From the human T2T-CHM13v2.0 reference genome, Homo sapiens, in the NCBI RefSeq assembly GCF_009914755.1, contig NC_060942.1: 64,000 nt of DNA; one strand, 5' to 3'. The notes under the pieces were generated by a model. The model did not search any database. It was not told the origin of the DNA and saw only the letters and a program-made list of their open reading frames with translations. This document shows positions 1-17,460 of this stretch, piece by piece (position 1 is the first letter of the stretch; each line of letters begins with the position of its first letter). A program made the position numbers and the translations under genes.

Positions 1-79
1 CAATCTCTTGACCTTGTGATCTGCCCGCCTCGGCCTCCCAAAGTGCTGGGATTACAGGCGTGAGCCATTGCACCTGGTC
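1..79 (-). mobile_element. Alu (AluS/Y-type) 5' end, cut by window edge
   Basis: gcctcggcctcccaaagtgctgggattacaggcgtgagcc = reverse complement of Alu left-arm start. Confidence 0.95.
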
Positions 80-189
80 AAATGTTAAGTTTTACAATTA
101 ATAAGTCTGGCTTATCTCACCATTTATTGAAGTTTTATTTGATGTTTATTTATGTTGTATAATTTTTAACATACAAAATATCCACAAAC

Positions 190-790
190 ATTATGAGATT
201 TACCCTTAAGTAGTTCCTTTTGGAAGGTATTACTTTAAATATTACTTTTAAATTACAGTGCAATTTGCAATTATTTCTAGGTAGCATATATAAATTCAAT
301 AGAATTTTTGGTGTTTCTGCTGACTTTATATCCTACAACTTAGCTGAACTCAATAGATCTACTCTTTTTAGTACAGATTATTTGGGATTTCTACATGGAC
401 ATATTATCTGAAAATCAAGGCAGTTTTATTTATACATTTCCAATCTGTGTGTCTTTTATAAATTTTCTTTTTCACATTACTGTGCTGGCTAGGACTTGCA
501 GTATAATGTTGAATAGCAGTGGTGAGAACAGATACTCCTGCCTTTTTTCCAATCTTTGGGGTAAAATCTTCAGTCTTGCACTCCTAAAGTATGACGTTAG
601 TTGTTGGTTTTCAAAAATGCCATATGAGTTTGAAGAATTTCTCTTCTATTCGTAGTCTGCTGAGAGGTATTATGAAAGAATGTTGAATTTTGCCAAATGC
701 ATGCTTTTCATCTGAGATGATTCTATGGTTTTTCTTCTTCTGTCTGTTGATATGGTGAATTACATAACTCATAATTCCACCAATCCCAGA
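190..790 (-). mobile_element. Old L1M ORF2 fragment
   Basis: ggctaggacttgcagtataatgttgaatagcagtggtgaga and gaatgttgaattttgccaaatgc...tctgagatgatt are typical antisense L1 ORF2 motifs; boundaries approximate. Confidence 0.8.
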
Positions 791-1054
791 AATAAAAACC
801 ATCTGTATTTTCATAAATTTCCTTCCAATCTTTAATCTCTAAATATAACTTATTGACTAAAATAGAAAAATAGTATTATATAATAATAACAGTATTTACA
901 TACTTCTTTCTCAACATTTTATTTGAGATATTTCATGTTATCGAACTTTAAGAACACAATTCTTATGGCTGAATAAAAGCCCATCCTATGTATGCACCAT
1001 AATAATAATAATCATAAAAAATTATAATTATAATAATTCAAATAATAACTTTTT

Positions 1055-1270
1055 GTAGCAATTACTGTTAAGTACCATTGCATATATCAATATTTTACCC
1101 TAATAAGTCTGTGAGGCAGGTATCATTATTATGATGATGATTATGCTAATTTTAGAGCTAAGAAAACAGACACAGAGAGGTTAGAGACCTGTCTCCGGGT
1201 CTCGTAGCTAGTAAGTAGTGGAACCTGACTTCTGGCTCTGTAGACTGTAGTCTTTTCTACATTATACTGT
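1055..1270 (-). mobile_element. MIR
   Basis: ctgtgaggcaggtatcattatt...aagaaaacagacacagagaggttag...gctagtaagtagtggaac resembles the MIR core. Confidence 0.75.
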
Positions 1271-2039
1271 TTATTTTGTCACTCTACAGTACACATGTTC
1301 TTACTGTAGCACTGCCTAATAGATAATGCTATGCTAAATACAATTGATATTAATTCTTTACCTGTATATATCACTATATTTCTAGATTCATAAATTGGGG
1401 CTAAGAGGTCAAGGTTTTGGGTCAAAAAGTATAGATTCTTCAAGGAGACTTGATGCACACTGCTTAATTGCTTTTCTGAAATTAGTTCTATCAATACGTA
1501 GGAATACTGCAATCTAACAAAGATCAGCTTTTTTATTTTGTTAATTTTTGATAGGTGAAAAATAACAGGATTTTTTTTCATGTTTAATGTTTCGTATGTT
1601 TGTTATTCATTCGTGTTTATGTTTCCTGTCTATTATTTGTGATTTTTTCCAATATTTAGTGTGTTCAGATTTGAATAAAAATTTTATGTATCAAATGAAA
1701 AATTTGTTCTCAACATTCTGTTTTACATTTTCTTTGCTTGTTCTTTATGTTTTCTTCTTATTTTTTTGGACAATGGTTTTAAAGTCAAATAAATTTTTCA
1801 TTTGTATCTTATTCCTCATAGAGATGATCAGAAGGTCTTTGCTGAGTCAGTATTAGATCACATATATCTATATATTTTATTCAAGTATTTCATAGTTTTA
1901 AAAAATTAATGTAAAATTTATCTAATTGTATGAATTGAGAAAGTAATTTGGCTTTTTTCTAAATAACAAATCAATATTCTGGTATCATGATTCTATAATT
2001 TTCTCCCTAATGAATTTATGACAATTTTGTTTCCTCCCC

Positions 2040-2544
2040 AGTCTTATTAAGGTATAATTGACAAATGTAAATTGTATATATTTATAGTATATAAAGTGAT
2101 ATTTTGATATCTGTGAACATTGTGCAATGATTAAATCAAGCTAATTAACATATCTATCATGTCACATACTTATTTTTTTGTAGTGACAATATTTAAGATC
2201 TACTGTCTTAGCAGTTTTCAAGTATACAATACATTATTATTAACTATAGGTACCATGCTCTAGAATAGATCTCCAGAACTTATTCCTCCCATCTAACTGA
2301 AACTTTGTACCTTTTGACCAACATTTCCCCATTTCCCTCCACCCCACACTTCAGCCCCCGGTAGCCACCATTCTGCTCTCTGCTTCTATGAGTTCAACTT
2401 TCTTAGATTTCACATATGTATGGAATCTTGTAGTTTTTGTTTTTCTCTGCCTGATCCGTTTTACTTATGATATGTCCTCCAGGTTCATTCATGGTATCAC
2501 AAATGACAGTTTCCTTTTTTAAGACTGAATGATAACTATTTTAT

Positions 2545-2575
<31 letters not shown>

Positions 2576-2835
2576 ACACACACACACACACACACACCCC
2601 ACATCATGTTTTCTTTATCTATTCATCCATCAGTGGATATTTGGACATTTAGATTGATTCCATATCTTATTCCATATGTGAATAATGCTACAATGAACAC
2701 AGAAGTACAGATATCTCTTAGAAATACTAATTTTATTTCCATTGGACATATATCCACATGTGGTATTGCTGCATCATATAGTAGTTCTATGTTTAATTTT
2801 CTGACAGAGCTCTATACTGTCTTCCATAATGGCCA
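2040..2835 (-). mobile_element. L1MA-class 3' end
   Basis: ttattaaggtataattgacaaat...attaaatcaagctaattaacatatctatca...agatctccagaacttattc; L1MA 3' UTR/ORF2 end. Confidence 0.85.
2545..2597. repeat. (CA)n microsatellite, one interruption
   Basis: directly visible. Confidence 0.97.
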
Positions 2836-2924
2836 TATTACAGCTTTATCTTATATTGAATGATTATATATGCACAGACCCATTCATGGAATCTCTATTT
2901 TGCTCTGCTGATCTGTTACTACTT

Positions 2925-3120
2925 TAGAAAAGCAATACAGTGCAGAACAATCTGAGTTCAGACCTGGTATTGCCACTGTTATATGACCATTAACATGTTA
3001 CTTAACCTCTCTGGGCCTCATTTTCCTAATTTAAATATGATTGTTTTAAACATTAAATGAAAGAAAAAGTACAGATAGCACTTAGATTAATGCCTGGCCC
3101 ATAACAAGCTCTTAGAATAC
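2925..3120 (+). mobile_element. MIR
   Basis: tgttacttaacctctctgggcctcattttcc...aaacattaaatga...agcacttag. Confidence 0.75.
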
Positions 3121-4390
3121 CTGCAGTTTTTACTAATTTCTTTACTATGTCAGGTTTACAATTTTAATTATTATAGCTGTAACAAAGACTCATTCTATTT
3201 CCTTTCTGCAACATGCCCAGCTAATAGATTTATGGCCCATTTGATGTTCTGAAAAATGGTATAAAAGTAGTCTTCTGAAAACAGTCTTCATGGGAAAGGA
3301 AGATTGCAAATTTTACCCCTTCTACCTAACCTCCTTATTTCATAATAAAATAAAAAATATATATGGCTGAATAGTCAGCAACCCTCTTGGACCAAGAGGT
3401 AAGGATGGATGTCAAGAGCTTGGATGATGACACAAAATGGGAACAAACTTGCTACCTTATGGTAATGGAGCTGCCTGGACTCTTCCATTTCTCTCTGGAC
3501 TTCTACATAGAAGAATATGCCTTTGTACTTTTAACACATTATACTACAGTTTCTATCAATATCTCATTTTTAATGATATGGTTGAGTCCCAAAATCAATA
3601 TAGAATGCTTATTTTTATGTTGAAGTGTTTTAAGCTTAAAGCTTGTTTTTTTTGCATATACTCATGGGGTACAAGTGCAACTTTACTCCATTGATATATT
3701 GCATTGTGGTGAAGTCAGGGCCTTCAGTGTATCCATCACTGGAGCTATGCATATTGTACCCACCAAGCAACCTCATATCATCCATCTCTTTCCACTCCTC
3801 TACAAACTTCAAGTCTCCATTGTCCATCATGCCACACTCTACTTCCATGTGTACATATTATTTAGCTCCCACTTGTAAGTGACAACATACAACATTTATC
3901 TTTCTGTGTCCAAGTTCTTTCTCTTAAGATAATGGCATCCAGTTCCATCCATGTTGCTGCAAAAGACATGATTTTATTCTTTTTCATCACTGAATACTAT
4001 TCCATTAAGTATATACACCACATTTTCTTTATCCAATCCTACAATGATGGACACTTTTGTTAATTCTATATTTTTGCTATTGCAAATAATGCTGCAATAA
4101 ACATAACAAGTGCAGGTATCTTTTTGATACAATGATTTCTTTTCCTTTGGGTAGATACCCATTAGTGGGAATGCTGGATCATATGGTAGTTCTATTTTTA
4201 GTTCTTCATGAAATCTCCAGGCTGTTTCCATAGAGGTTGTTCTAATTTACATTCCCACTAATAGTGTACAAGAGTTCCCTTTTCTCCACATGCTCTCCAA
4301 CACCTGTTGTTTGTTTTTTCTTTATCATAATAGCCATTCTGATTGGTGTGAAATGATATCTCACTGTAGTTTTAATTTACATTTCCCTGA

Positions 4391-4726
<336 letters not shown>

Positions 4727-4913
4727 TGAAAAATGCCTATTCATGTCCTCAGCCCACTTTTTAATGTAATTATTTGGTGGTTTTTCATTGAGTTGTTTGA
4801 GTTCCTTGTAAATTCTGGACATTACCCTTCTGTCAGATGATATAATTTGCAAATATTTTCTCCCATTCTGCAGGTTGTCTGTTCACTGTGTTAATTATTT
4901 CTTTTGATGTGTG

Positions 4914-5259
4914 TGTATTAGTCTGTTTTCACACTGCTGATAAAGATATACCTGAGACTGACAATTTACAAAAGAAAGCTTTAATTGGACTTACAGTTCC
5001 ACATGGCTGGGGAGCCTCACAGTCATGGAAGAAGGCAAGGAACAACAAGTCACATTTTACATGGATGGCAGCACGCTAAAGGAGCTTGTGCAAGAAAACT
5101 CCCCCTTATGATAATCATCAAATCTTGTGAGACTTACCATCACAAGAACAGCCTGGGAAAGACCTGCCCCCATGATGCAGTTACCTCCCACTGGGTCTCT
5201 CCCACAACACGTGGGAATTCAAGATGAGATTTGGGTGGGGACACGGCCAGACCATATCA
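4914..5259 (-). mobile_element. THE1A/B solo LTR (ERVL-MaLR)
   Basis: tgtattagtctgttttcac...accatatca termini; 5-bp TSD GTGTG (4909-4913, 5260-5264). Confidence 0.95.
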
Positions 5260-7359
5260 GTGTGGAGCATTTTTGCTTAATTAAGTCCCATTTGTCTATT
5301 TTTGTTTTGGTTGACTGTGCTTTTAAGGTCTTGATCATGAATTCTTTTCCTAGACCAATGTCTAGAAGAGTTTTCCTAGGTTTTCTTCTAGTATTTTTAA
5401 AGTTTCAGGTCTTACATTCAAATCTTCAATCCAACTTGATTTGATTTTTTATATGGTGGTAGATAGGGGCCTAGTTTTACCCTTCTACATATGGCAATCC
5501 AATATTCCTAGCATCATTTATTGAAAAGGATGTTCTTTCCCCACTGTATATTCTTGTTGACTTTTTCAAAGATCAGTTGGCTGTAAAACTGTGAGCTTTA
5601 TTTCTGGGTTCTCTATTCTGTTCCATTGATCTATGTGTCCTTTTTTCTTAATGCCAGTGTCATGTTTTAGTTACTATAGACTTGGAGTATTATTCAAAGT
5701 CAGGCAATCTAATGCCTCCATTTTTCTTCTTTTTGCTTAGGATTGCTTTGAATTTGGGCTCTTTTTTGTTCCATATGAACTTTAGAATTGTTTTCTCTAA
5801 TTCTGTGAAAAATGATGTTGGCATTTTGATAGTAATTGTATTTAACCTATAGATTGCTTTGGGAAGTGTGGTTATTTTAATAATATTAATTCTTCTAGTC
5901 CATGAGCATGATTTCTTTACATCAAGAGTGAAAAGCTATCTCCTTCATGTCTATTTATTCTAATCTAGAAACAATATATCTTTTTAATTAAGATGTTATC
6001 AATGATATGTTATTAATTGTTGCCAACATTAAAAAATAGAATAACAGAATCTTAACCATCAGAGAGAAAAGCAGTTTCTTTGAAATTCCTCTAATACGTC
6101 ATATGAACAAAAGCATTAAGAGTAAATATATTTTTCATCATTGCTTCAAGGCTAAGCCATACAAAATAGATTAGCTGTCAATGAAGAGAGCTAAAGCAGG
6201 TAATGCAGTTTCCCAAAAGAGTTCTCAGAATTAAATTATCTGGCATTTTTGCACTGATCACTTAGCCACAATAATTAATAATCTTCTTATTTTTATTATA
6301 TTGAAAATTAAATCACACTATCATTCATTTTCTTAATATTAATCATCAGTCATCATAAAATGCCTTTCTTTTGTTTTCTAATATAGTTGGAAGTACCCAT
6401 TTTACCAAATTAACTGATTACTTTAGCTTCATAATATGGATTACTTAGAGGATCAAAGCACTCATGCTCTGCCTCTAGATAGAACATTAATATAAGACAA
6501 GGAAGTAGCAAGTAATTTCTTTGCCTCAAGCTTGAATGGCATATTTTGGCCCTGCTACGTCTATTACACTTGACTCATTCTCAAGATAAATACCAAGAGG
6601 GGATAAGGTAAAAGATAAAACACCCAGTGCAATGTCCCTCCAAAAAAAGCATTTTGGGGTTGCTAGTCTCTGATTCCTCTAATATCTTGTGTCAAAGAGA
6701 ATTTCCACCATTTCTATCTTATCCTGGGCCCCAGAGAGAATCCTACTAGATAACAATGGATGAATTTGGTTTCAGATGGTATACCATCCTGCTTGCACAG
6801 GCTTTATGGAGTGACACAATGGGAAAGTCCCCTTTCAGTCATTTACATGAAGTTGATTCCACAGCAAAACACATTTTGTGAGTCTTTTCCAATTAGAAAC
6901 ATCTAGATCTTTTATTGGATATTGAAACATCTACATTTATCTTTTTATAGCTCATTTAATTAAAGACAATTAAAATTTGAGTTCTAAAATTTGTTGTTCA
7001 GTAATAGATTGTCACAACTATTGCAAAAAATCTTATTGGGCACAATGTAGCATGCAATTTGTGCTAGTTAGTGGGAATAAAGCACATAATCTACATCCTG
7101 TCCTCAAACAATCTAGTCTACTGAGTGAGACTAGTGTGAGAATAATCATCACAGTCCCTGGAACACAGAGAAAGTCAAGTTTTTGGTTAAAGTATCAGAA
7201 AAGACTTCATGAGAAAATAATTTTTGATCTTTAGTAACGAGAAAGATTTCACCACTATGAGAGCTCTTGGTCTTTCAAGAGATCCCTGAACTCATAAAAC
7301 TCTAGTATACCCTAAAGAATATCCAGATGGCTTTAAGTCATCTGAGAAGAAAAGGAAAA

Positions 7360-7600
7360 AATGAGTATTTATTGATAAGATTTGATGCCAAGATGAGTTA
7401 TTTTCTAAGAATTTACATGCACTTACATATGTAAACTTGCTAATAAACATATAAGACGTGTACTATCTTCTCCTTTTAATAAATAAAGAAATTGAGATTC
7501 AGAGAAGTACAGTATAGAATATCTAGTAATTGTCAGCACCAGCACTTTGCCTAACTTTGTATAATTCAAAAGTTTGTCCAAAAGACCAAAGTTTTTTCTA
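7360..7600 (-). mobile_element. MIR (degenerate)
   Basis: aaataaagaaattgagattcagagaag core-like segment. Confidence 0.55.
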
Positions 7601-7674
7601 TAACCTGAAAGCTACCTCCAGGTTTAATCCATGCTGAGAGAACAAAGGTGGAGAGGAACTGAAATTCCAAAATG

Positions 7675-7912
7675 TGCAGTGTAGCTTAGGGTTTATATTA
7701 GAGTTTTGGTCAGACAGTTCAGGGTTTAAGCTCTTGACTATGCTGCTTGCAAGCTTAGACATGTTACTTAGCTTCTCTAAAACTCAGTTTTTCTGCGCAA
7801 CATACACACTAAAAGCATTCACTTTCTTCAAGGCAGTGTGTGAGAATTACATTCAAAATACATACAGAAACACTTAGCTCTAAGCTTAACACATATATCT
7901 ACTTAATAAATA
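7675..7912 (+). mobile_element. MIR
   Basis: atgttacttagcttctctaaaactcagttttt...acttaataaat. Confidence 0.65.
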
Positions 7913-9519
7913 TCAGCCAAAACTTGTCTTAAGAAGCTGAACATGCCCAGAACTATGGAAATATGTCTGGCTTCCTGACAGAATTCAGATACCCAGGAGC
8001 TATTTCCAATCCCTGTGGAAGAACTCAGCTTCCTCTGAGGAGTCGTTAGTATTCTGGGCTCGGGTCAAATTTCAAATTTTAGCTATAGGTCAGAGTAGAA
8101 CTGTTGTGGAAGTTCCTGGAACAATAAAGCATTCCTATGGGTCAAAAGTAGTAAAGGGTGGTCTGGGAGTGCTCTCCGAAGGTCTATCCAAGCCACAGCA
8201 ATCCCACACTGAGGTGATGGGGAAAACCTGATGGAATAGACACTGTGAGAACAGGTCATTACCTTACATGAGTACAGATCAGTCCTGGGAGGACAATTGC
8301 TGTCCAAGTGGCTCCACTTGAAATTGAAGCACTGCTGACAAAACCCCTAACTGGCCCTCCATTCCATCCAAAAAGTCAGGGAAAAAAGCCAAGGATTCTG
8401 ATTGAATAGCATCTGCCGTGCGATGGATAGAAATGTCTGAGCATCCAACAGATGGATGCAAACATCCTGGGGCTTAGCAATGTGTGCAAGTGACCATATA
8501 CAAATTAAAAAGTGTGAACAAATGATTTTTCTGGGAAAGTTGTGACCTGACATTCTTAGAGAAAAAACAAACATGCATTTTTACTAATAACAGGAACTCT
8601 CAGAACTCTCTAATAGTAGAAAAGTGTACGGTGGCAAGAGATACTTTGTGTGTAGAAAAGTGTATGTGTGTATGTGCGTGTTTGTGTGTACAAATTAATG
8701 CCCTTACAATTCACATGCCAGTAAAATTCTGTGTCATATTGATTCTTTGGACATTTTTCTCTAAATGAACTTTATACGTAAATATCAGTATAATTAAGTT
8801 AGTGGTTTTCCTTGTATAGGTGTCTAATATATCAGATAAATTACAGTGAGAGTAAAAACAGAGGAAAAATCATTAAATGTCACAGGTGCCTGGTTTGCTT
8901 AAGGACAGAGTCTTACACGTATTTTCGTGTTATACTATGTACTGCCTTTCAATCTGCTGCAGTCATTTGACTCATTTAGCAAGCATAGCTAGAAGAAAAC
9001 TTAGATCATCCAATTCAATCTTTCATTTTAGAGTTGAGAAAACTGACACCCAGAGAGGTTGTTATTCGCTTAAGGTAACCGAGCTAATTAACAACTCTCC
9101 TAGAAATAGAAATGGCTTCTCCAATACTGAGCTCATCAGAAAGCATTTCTAACTCTATAGGCTTTTAAATAGCTTGAATAAAAGGCCTAGGGACAAAGCA
9201 AACTCATAAAAAATCTCCAAATTTGTAATTCAAACATCTTAGACATTGGAAAAACTTCTTTTTTTGGCTTTAAATGTTGTATTAACATAGGCATTTGCTT
9301 TGGGTACTAATTGAGGACCCACCTACCCACTTTTGCATAACACACCATCAGAAGTCCCTGTGATGTGTCAGTTTTATGATATATCTGTTTATGTAAATTA
9401 ACAACTGTCTCCAAATTCCATGTATCATGAAGCACTCATAGCAAACTTTTCATCTCTTTTCCTTTGTAAGCTTCTGGTTTATGCCCACCCACAAGCAATC
9501 TGTGTACCATCAAATTTCC

Positions 9520-9740
9520 CTTATGCAATCAATGAGTGAGCTGAGCATCTTGTCAATAGCATTTATCATCATTGTAGTTCATTATTTGTAAAGTTATTTG
9601 TTTAATATTTAATTTTATCTCCCTACTCAACTGCAAGCTCATTCAGAAAAAAACTGAAAGTTCCTTTATACCTTTAGTCAAAGCACAGAGTGCTGGCACA
9701 TAATTGGGTATTGATAAATATTTTTGTATGAACAAATGGA
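9520..9740 (+). mobile_element. L2 3' end
   Basis: gtgctggcacataattgggtattgataaatatttttgtatgaacaaatg. Confidence 0.6.
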
Positions 9741-10404
9741 ATACAGACTAATGTTAATATTAAGATCAGGGAAAAGAGATAAAAACAAGGAAGCTATACT
9801 ATGTCACCAATATAAGGCCTATAATGTGTTCTGAGGGCAGATGTGACATGTTTTGAAATACCACATTTTTTTCTATTATGTGTTACCGAAATCTTCTTGA
9901 TGACTTATGAATAATTAAGACTTTATTAAACTTAACTCATTAATGATATTGTCTGAGTTTAAGTCTTCCTTGCTCAAGGCATTACTCTCCTATCAGTTGT
10001 ACAAGGTCAAATTTAGGAATAAAATTGGAGAGTAGCCTCAATATGTTTACAGCTAAATATACCTAGTTGTAAGAACACATCCCTTTATTGCTCTAACCTT
10101 TGGCTCTAAAGGATGGCCATGTCACTAATTGCATAAATACTGATCAAAGAAGATTGAGCCAGGGAATTTCCAAATTCAACAAAGCCTAGAAAAGATGGCA
10201 TTAAAAATAGATGACTTTCTACCCCAGGCTGAAGAGGTATGAATGAAGCAAATCAATTTAAGAATGTAGTCACATCATGTGGCTGGAACGTTGGGACCTG
10301 GAGTTGTAGCTAGAATGCATCCCATGACAAAACTAATAGTGCCAGCAAAGCCTACAATGTGAGAGCAGAGTTCTTTCAGACAGGACATAGGCAAGGCGAA
10401 CAAT

Positions 10405-10800
10405 GTGGTGAATTAGACTTGGATTTCTGACCACCTACATCTTATGCCCACCACGCCCATGCTGCTGAAGGATGCTCCTTGCTGGAGAATTAAACTTCTT
10501 TTCTTCATCGATGTCAGTCTCATCCCCGTGCCCTGCTTAAGACACTGTGAGAAGAAGCTATGTGTGTCACTTCTGAGCAGAAGCACAGCTCATCATATCT
10601 TTTTTCTTCCTTCATGAGATCAGTGATGGTCTGGAAAGAGGCTGTGCCCCTAGGCAGGATTCTGGAGCAAAGAGGTTATGGAACAAAGCTCAGTCAACTC
10701 AAAACAGACATGGAACTTGAGTCAGAAATGGGATGTGAGCCACTGAGATTTTAGAGTTGCTTATAATCACAGCATATTTAACCTAAGCTGCCAGATATAG
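10405..10800 (+). mobile_element. Old MLT1-class LTR
   Basis: 3' end tgagccactgagattttagagttgcttataatcacagcat typical of MLT1; subfamily uncertain. Confidence 0.6.
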
Positions 10801-10972
10801 ACAGAAAAGCCAATATGTTTGAGTACCTTCTAGATGTCTGAGGTAGGTTCTGTCTGAAAAGGAGTGAAAGTACTGATGGAAAACCCAAGGCACCTTGAAG
10901 ACAAAAGATAGAGATAAACCTGAATTTTAAAACACCAACAATAGTTAAAATAAAAATTAGAGTGAACCCAAG

Positions 10973-12975
<2,003 letters not shown>

Positions 12976-13149
12976 AGAAAAAGAAAAGAAAAACAAAATT
13001 CAAAAAGGGGGTCATGAAGTTTATGTACTGAGTCACAAGGCTGAGAGAAATAATCACAAAATCTTGGTTTTGCCTTTGTTCTCAGAAAAACTGCATATGT
13101 GGCTGAAAATGACACTGATATAGACACTGATCTCCCCTCCAACTTTCTC

Positions 13150-13606
<457 letters not shown>

Positions 13607-13637
13607 TCTTCTAGGCATCTAAAGAAGATAAAGTTCA

Positions 13638-14027
<390 letters not shown>

Positions 14028-17000
14028 TTACCCAAAAGCAGACACTCCATGTTACTTGAAAACAGAAGAATACTGAAACTTCAAAATAACTGTGAGTAGA
14101 AAGAGAAAAATTAACAAGAGCCACAGCCCTTATCCCTTACATTTCTGCCCACCTTTGCCCAGCCACAGAGCCGTACCTTAAGCAAAAGCAAACAGTAAAA
14201 ACTGTCAAAAACCAAAAAGGATTCTCTAGCAAAGTGTAAGAGTTTGGGTGACCCTGAGAAAGACTAAATCCAAACAAAATCAGAAATTATGAAAAAAAGT
14301 AAACAGGCAGATCAGAGCAGTCACTACAGGAAAGGGATTTCAAAGCTCAACATACGCATGATTTAAAGGACAGAGGGTGCATCAAGGCCCAGGTGTGCAA
14401 TTTAAAGATTTAAGAGTTGAATACAGTTTAAAAGCACAGGCATAGTTTAAGAAGACAGTCTTCCAATAACATAGCTCTGAAAAGAAGAGGGAGACAAAAG
14501 AAGACATGCCATTTGGGAATCTGGTGGTAAATCAGGGAGAAATGAGACAATTTTAGAGTCCTGAGTGACCAAAAAGAACCATAAAATTGTTCATAACATA
14601 TTTCCCCACCAGTGAAACCAAAATGAACAACAAAAGCCTCCTGAAAGACCTAGATTTTGCTAGGCTACTAGAAAAGTCATTAAACCAAGAATCTTGTAAA
14701 ACACTCCAATATCATGAAAATGAACAGCAGGAAAGTAAGATTCGTAGAGAACTATTTCAAAAAACTAAAACAAAACAACAAAACCTCCCAAAAACCCAAA
14801 AGCAGAAAATAGAATTTCACACAAATACATAAAACTCCCTTGAAAAACAACCATGCAACAAAGAAAATGATTGTCTACACTCCAAATTCAATTAAATATA
14901 CTCAAAGAAGTCCTTAAGGATATCAGGATTTACCCTTAAATCAGAAATTCAAAAAACTGAAAGGCCAAACAGACTAAAAACAGGGAGAAGTTTCAAAATA
15001 TTTCATTGAACTCAGGGAGAAATGGAAGAAAATGAGAAAATTACCACACAAATAAAGAATAAATTAGAAGTTACCCAAGGAAAACGAAAGACAAATGAAA
15101 AAAATTTTAAAAGGCATTAAAGAAGGGGCATTGAATCCAAAATAATCAGACTACCAGGAGAAGTTTCAAAGTCAACAGGCAAAGCAAGGCAACAGCAAGC
15201 ATAATTTTTACACATCTCAATGAAAGTGTACAAAAGGATTGTATATCCAGTCCAGCTGTCATTCACATATCACAGCTATAGGAATACACATTTCACATGC
15301 TAGATCTTAGTGATCTTAGGGAATTCTGCATCCATCAGCCCTTCTTGAGGACTCTATTAGAGGATAAGCTTTATCAAAACAATGGTTACTGGGAAAACTT
15401 CAGGAAAATTACTGATTGTGAGAACTTTATAAATTTATAATAAGATTAAGATGATAGAGGTCAGTGTGAAAGGCTAATATATGTTGTGACAAATTAGAAG
15501 TAATGCCACTAAAAATGGAAGAAGGTAAGAAAAGAAAGAAAGATACAAAAAGTGTATTGTTGTAAAGCAATAGATAGGCACTCAAAATGCTAGAAAATAC
15601 TGATAAACACAGTAAAAGGTAAAAATACAATAGGAGACTAAGAGGATTACAAAGGTATAATTACAAAAGAAAGATCAAAATATAAAATTTTCTAAATACC
15701 CATATTTTTGAGAAAGCACTAAAAAAGAAACAACAAAACAAAATATTCATTACACACACACACACAAACACACACACATATCTTAGTCCTAAAGTCAGTA
15801 CCATATCTTATTTAATGGGGAAAAAGGGGCATTTTTACTAACATCAGAAAAAAAGGTAAGGCTGCTTCAATCTTCTCTACTATTCAACATTGTTATAGAA
15901 CTATGAGCCAAAGAAATTTAACAAATGAAATCAATTAGAAGCATAAGAATGGGAAAAAAGGAATAAAACAATCTCTGTTTTTAGTTGATATGATAGCAAA
16001 CTGAGAACCCCCTGAGAATCAATGATAATAATAACTCAAACATTAAATAATTCAAGGAGCAGCAGAATATAAAATTAACAAACAAAAAATCAATAGCCTT
16101 CATATATACAAAAATAAAGTGACAGACCATAATGGCAGAGAATACCTCATTTATAACAGCAACAAAGAATATAAGCATTTTTAAATAAACTTAACAAGAA
16201 ATGTATGAAACTAACATGAGAAAAGTTTAAAATATTCCCAAAAGACACAAAACTAGACTTGAACAAATGGAAAGTCATCCCCTGTACTTGGATAAGACAA
16301 CTTAACATTATAAAAATGTCAGTTTCCCTAAATTAACTTATAAATTCAATGTAATCCAAAGACAAATACGAATAAGCTATTTTATGGAGTTAGAAAAATT
16401 AAAAATAAAGCTCATATGGGAAAACAAATATGCAAGAATAGTCACTAAATCAATGAAAAGGAAAACTGCAACAGTTTTTAACCTTACCAGATATTAAAAT
16501 TTGCTTGCGGCAAAGCCTCTGTGATTAAAACAGGCATATAAATAAACAACAGACCAGTAGAACAGAATAAAAAGTCCAAAATTAGACCTTAATAAAATGG
16601 AAACTTAGTATATGATAAAAGTGACATCTCGAATCCCTGAGGTAAAGATCAACTTTTTAATAACTAGTGCTGGGTCAACTGGGTAGTCACTTGGAAAAAG
16701 ATAAATTAGATCTACTGCTCATACCATACACAAGAATTAACTCAAAAGAGATTAGGGATATAAATTTTAAAAATAAAAATAAAACCAAACAAGTATAAGA
16801 AGAAAACACAGGTGAGTTCATTTTTAAATTTGATATAAGAAGAGGCTTTCTAACTATGACTCAAAATTCAGAGGTAATAAAAGATTGATAAATTTGATTA
16901 CATAAAAATAAAAACTATTTTGCGTGAAACCAATCATAAGCAAAGTCAAAAGACAACTGAAAACCTGGAAGAAAATAGTGCAAACTACATCACAAATAAA

Positions 17001-17129
17001 GAGTTACTGTCCCTAATGTATCAAGAACACACCATGTATTTTTAAAAAGATATTAAAAAGGCTCCAAAACATGAAAAATATCCAAATACGAATAGAAAGC
17101 AGCAAGTCAAAACATTATTGAAACAACAG

Positions 17130-17460
17130 TTCCGGCTCTGTTTCAGTCCCCCCTAGAAACAAGATGTCCTTCAATTCTTTAGCACGGCGAATCACATGGC
17201 TTAGTGGTCTAAAACCCCGGGCAGGCTGTTTCCCCAGGTCCCTCAACTGCCCTGCAAGTGAGGCATGCGCAGATAAGATTCCAGCTACCCCAGCTTTCCT
17301 GAGCCTTGCGCTACCTGCTTGCGAAGAATCCTAGGCTTCTGCTTTCCCTTGCTGCCTATCTGTAAGTAGTAACCCTGCTTCATGTGACTTGCTGTGAGTG
17401 GGTGTCCCTCTCACCAAACTCAGATAAGATGATAACCAGGACACAGTGAGCCTGCTCCAC
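17130..17460 (+). mobile_element. LTR fragment (LTR47-like, family tentative) nested in L1M
   Basis: abrupt GC-rich block ending ...cacagtgagcctgctccaca, with LTR-like TATA and poly(A) remnants. Confidence 0.6.
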
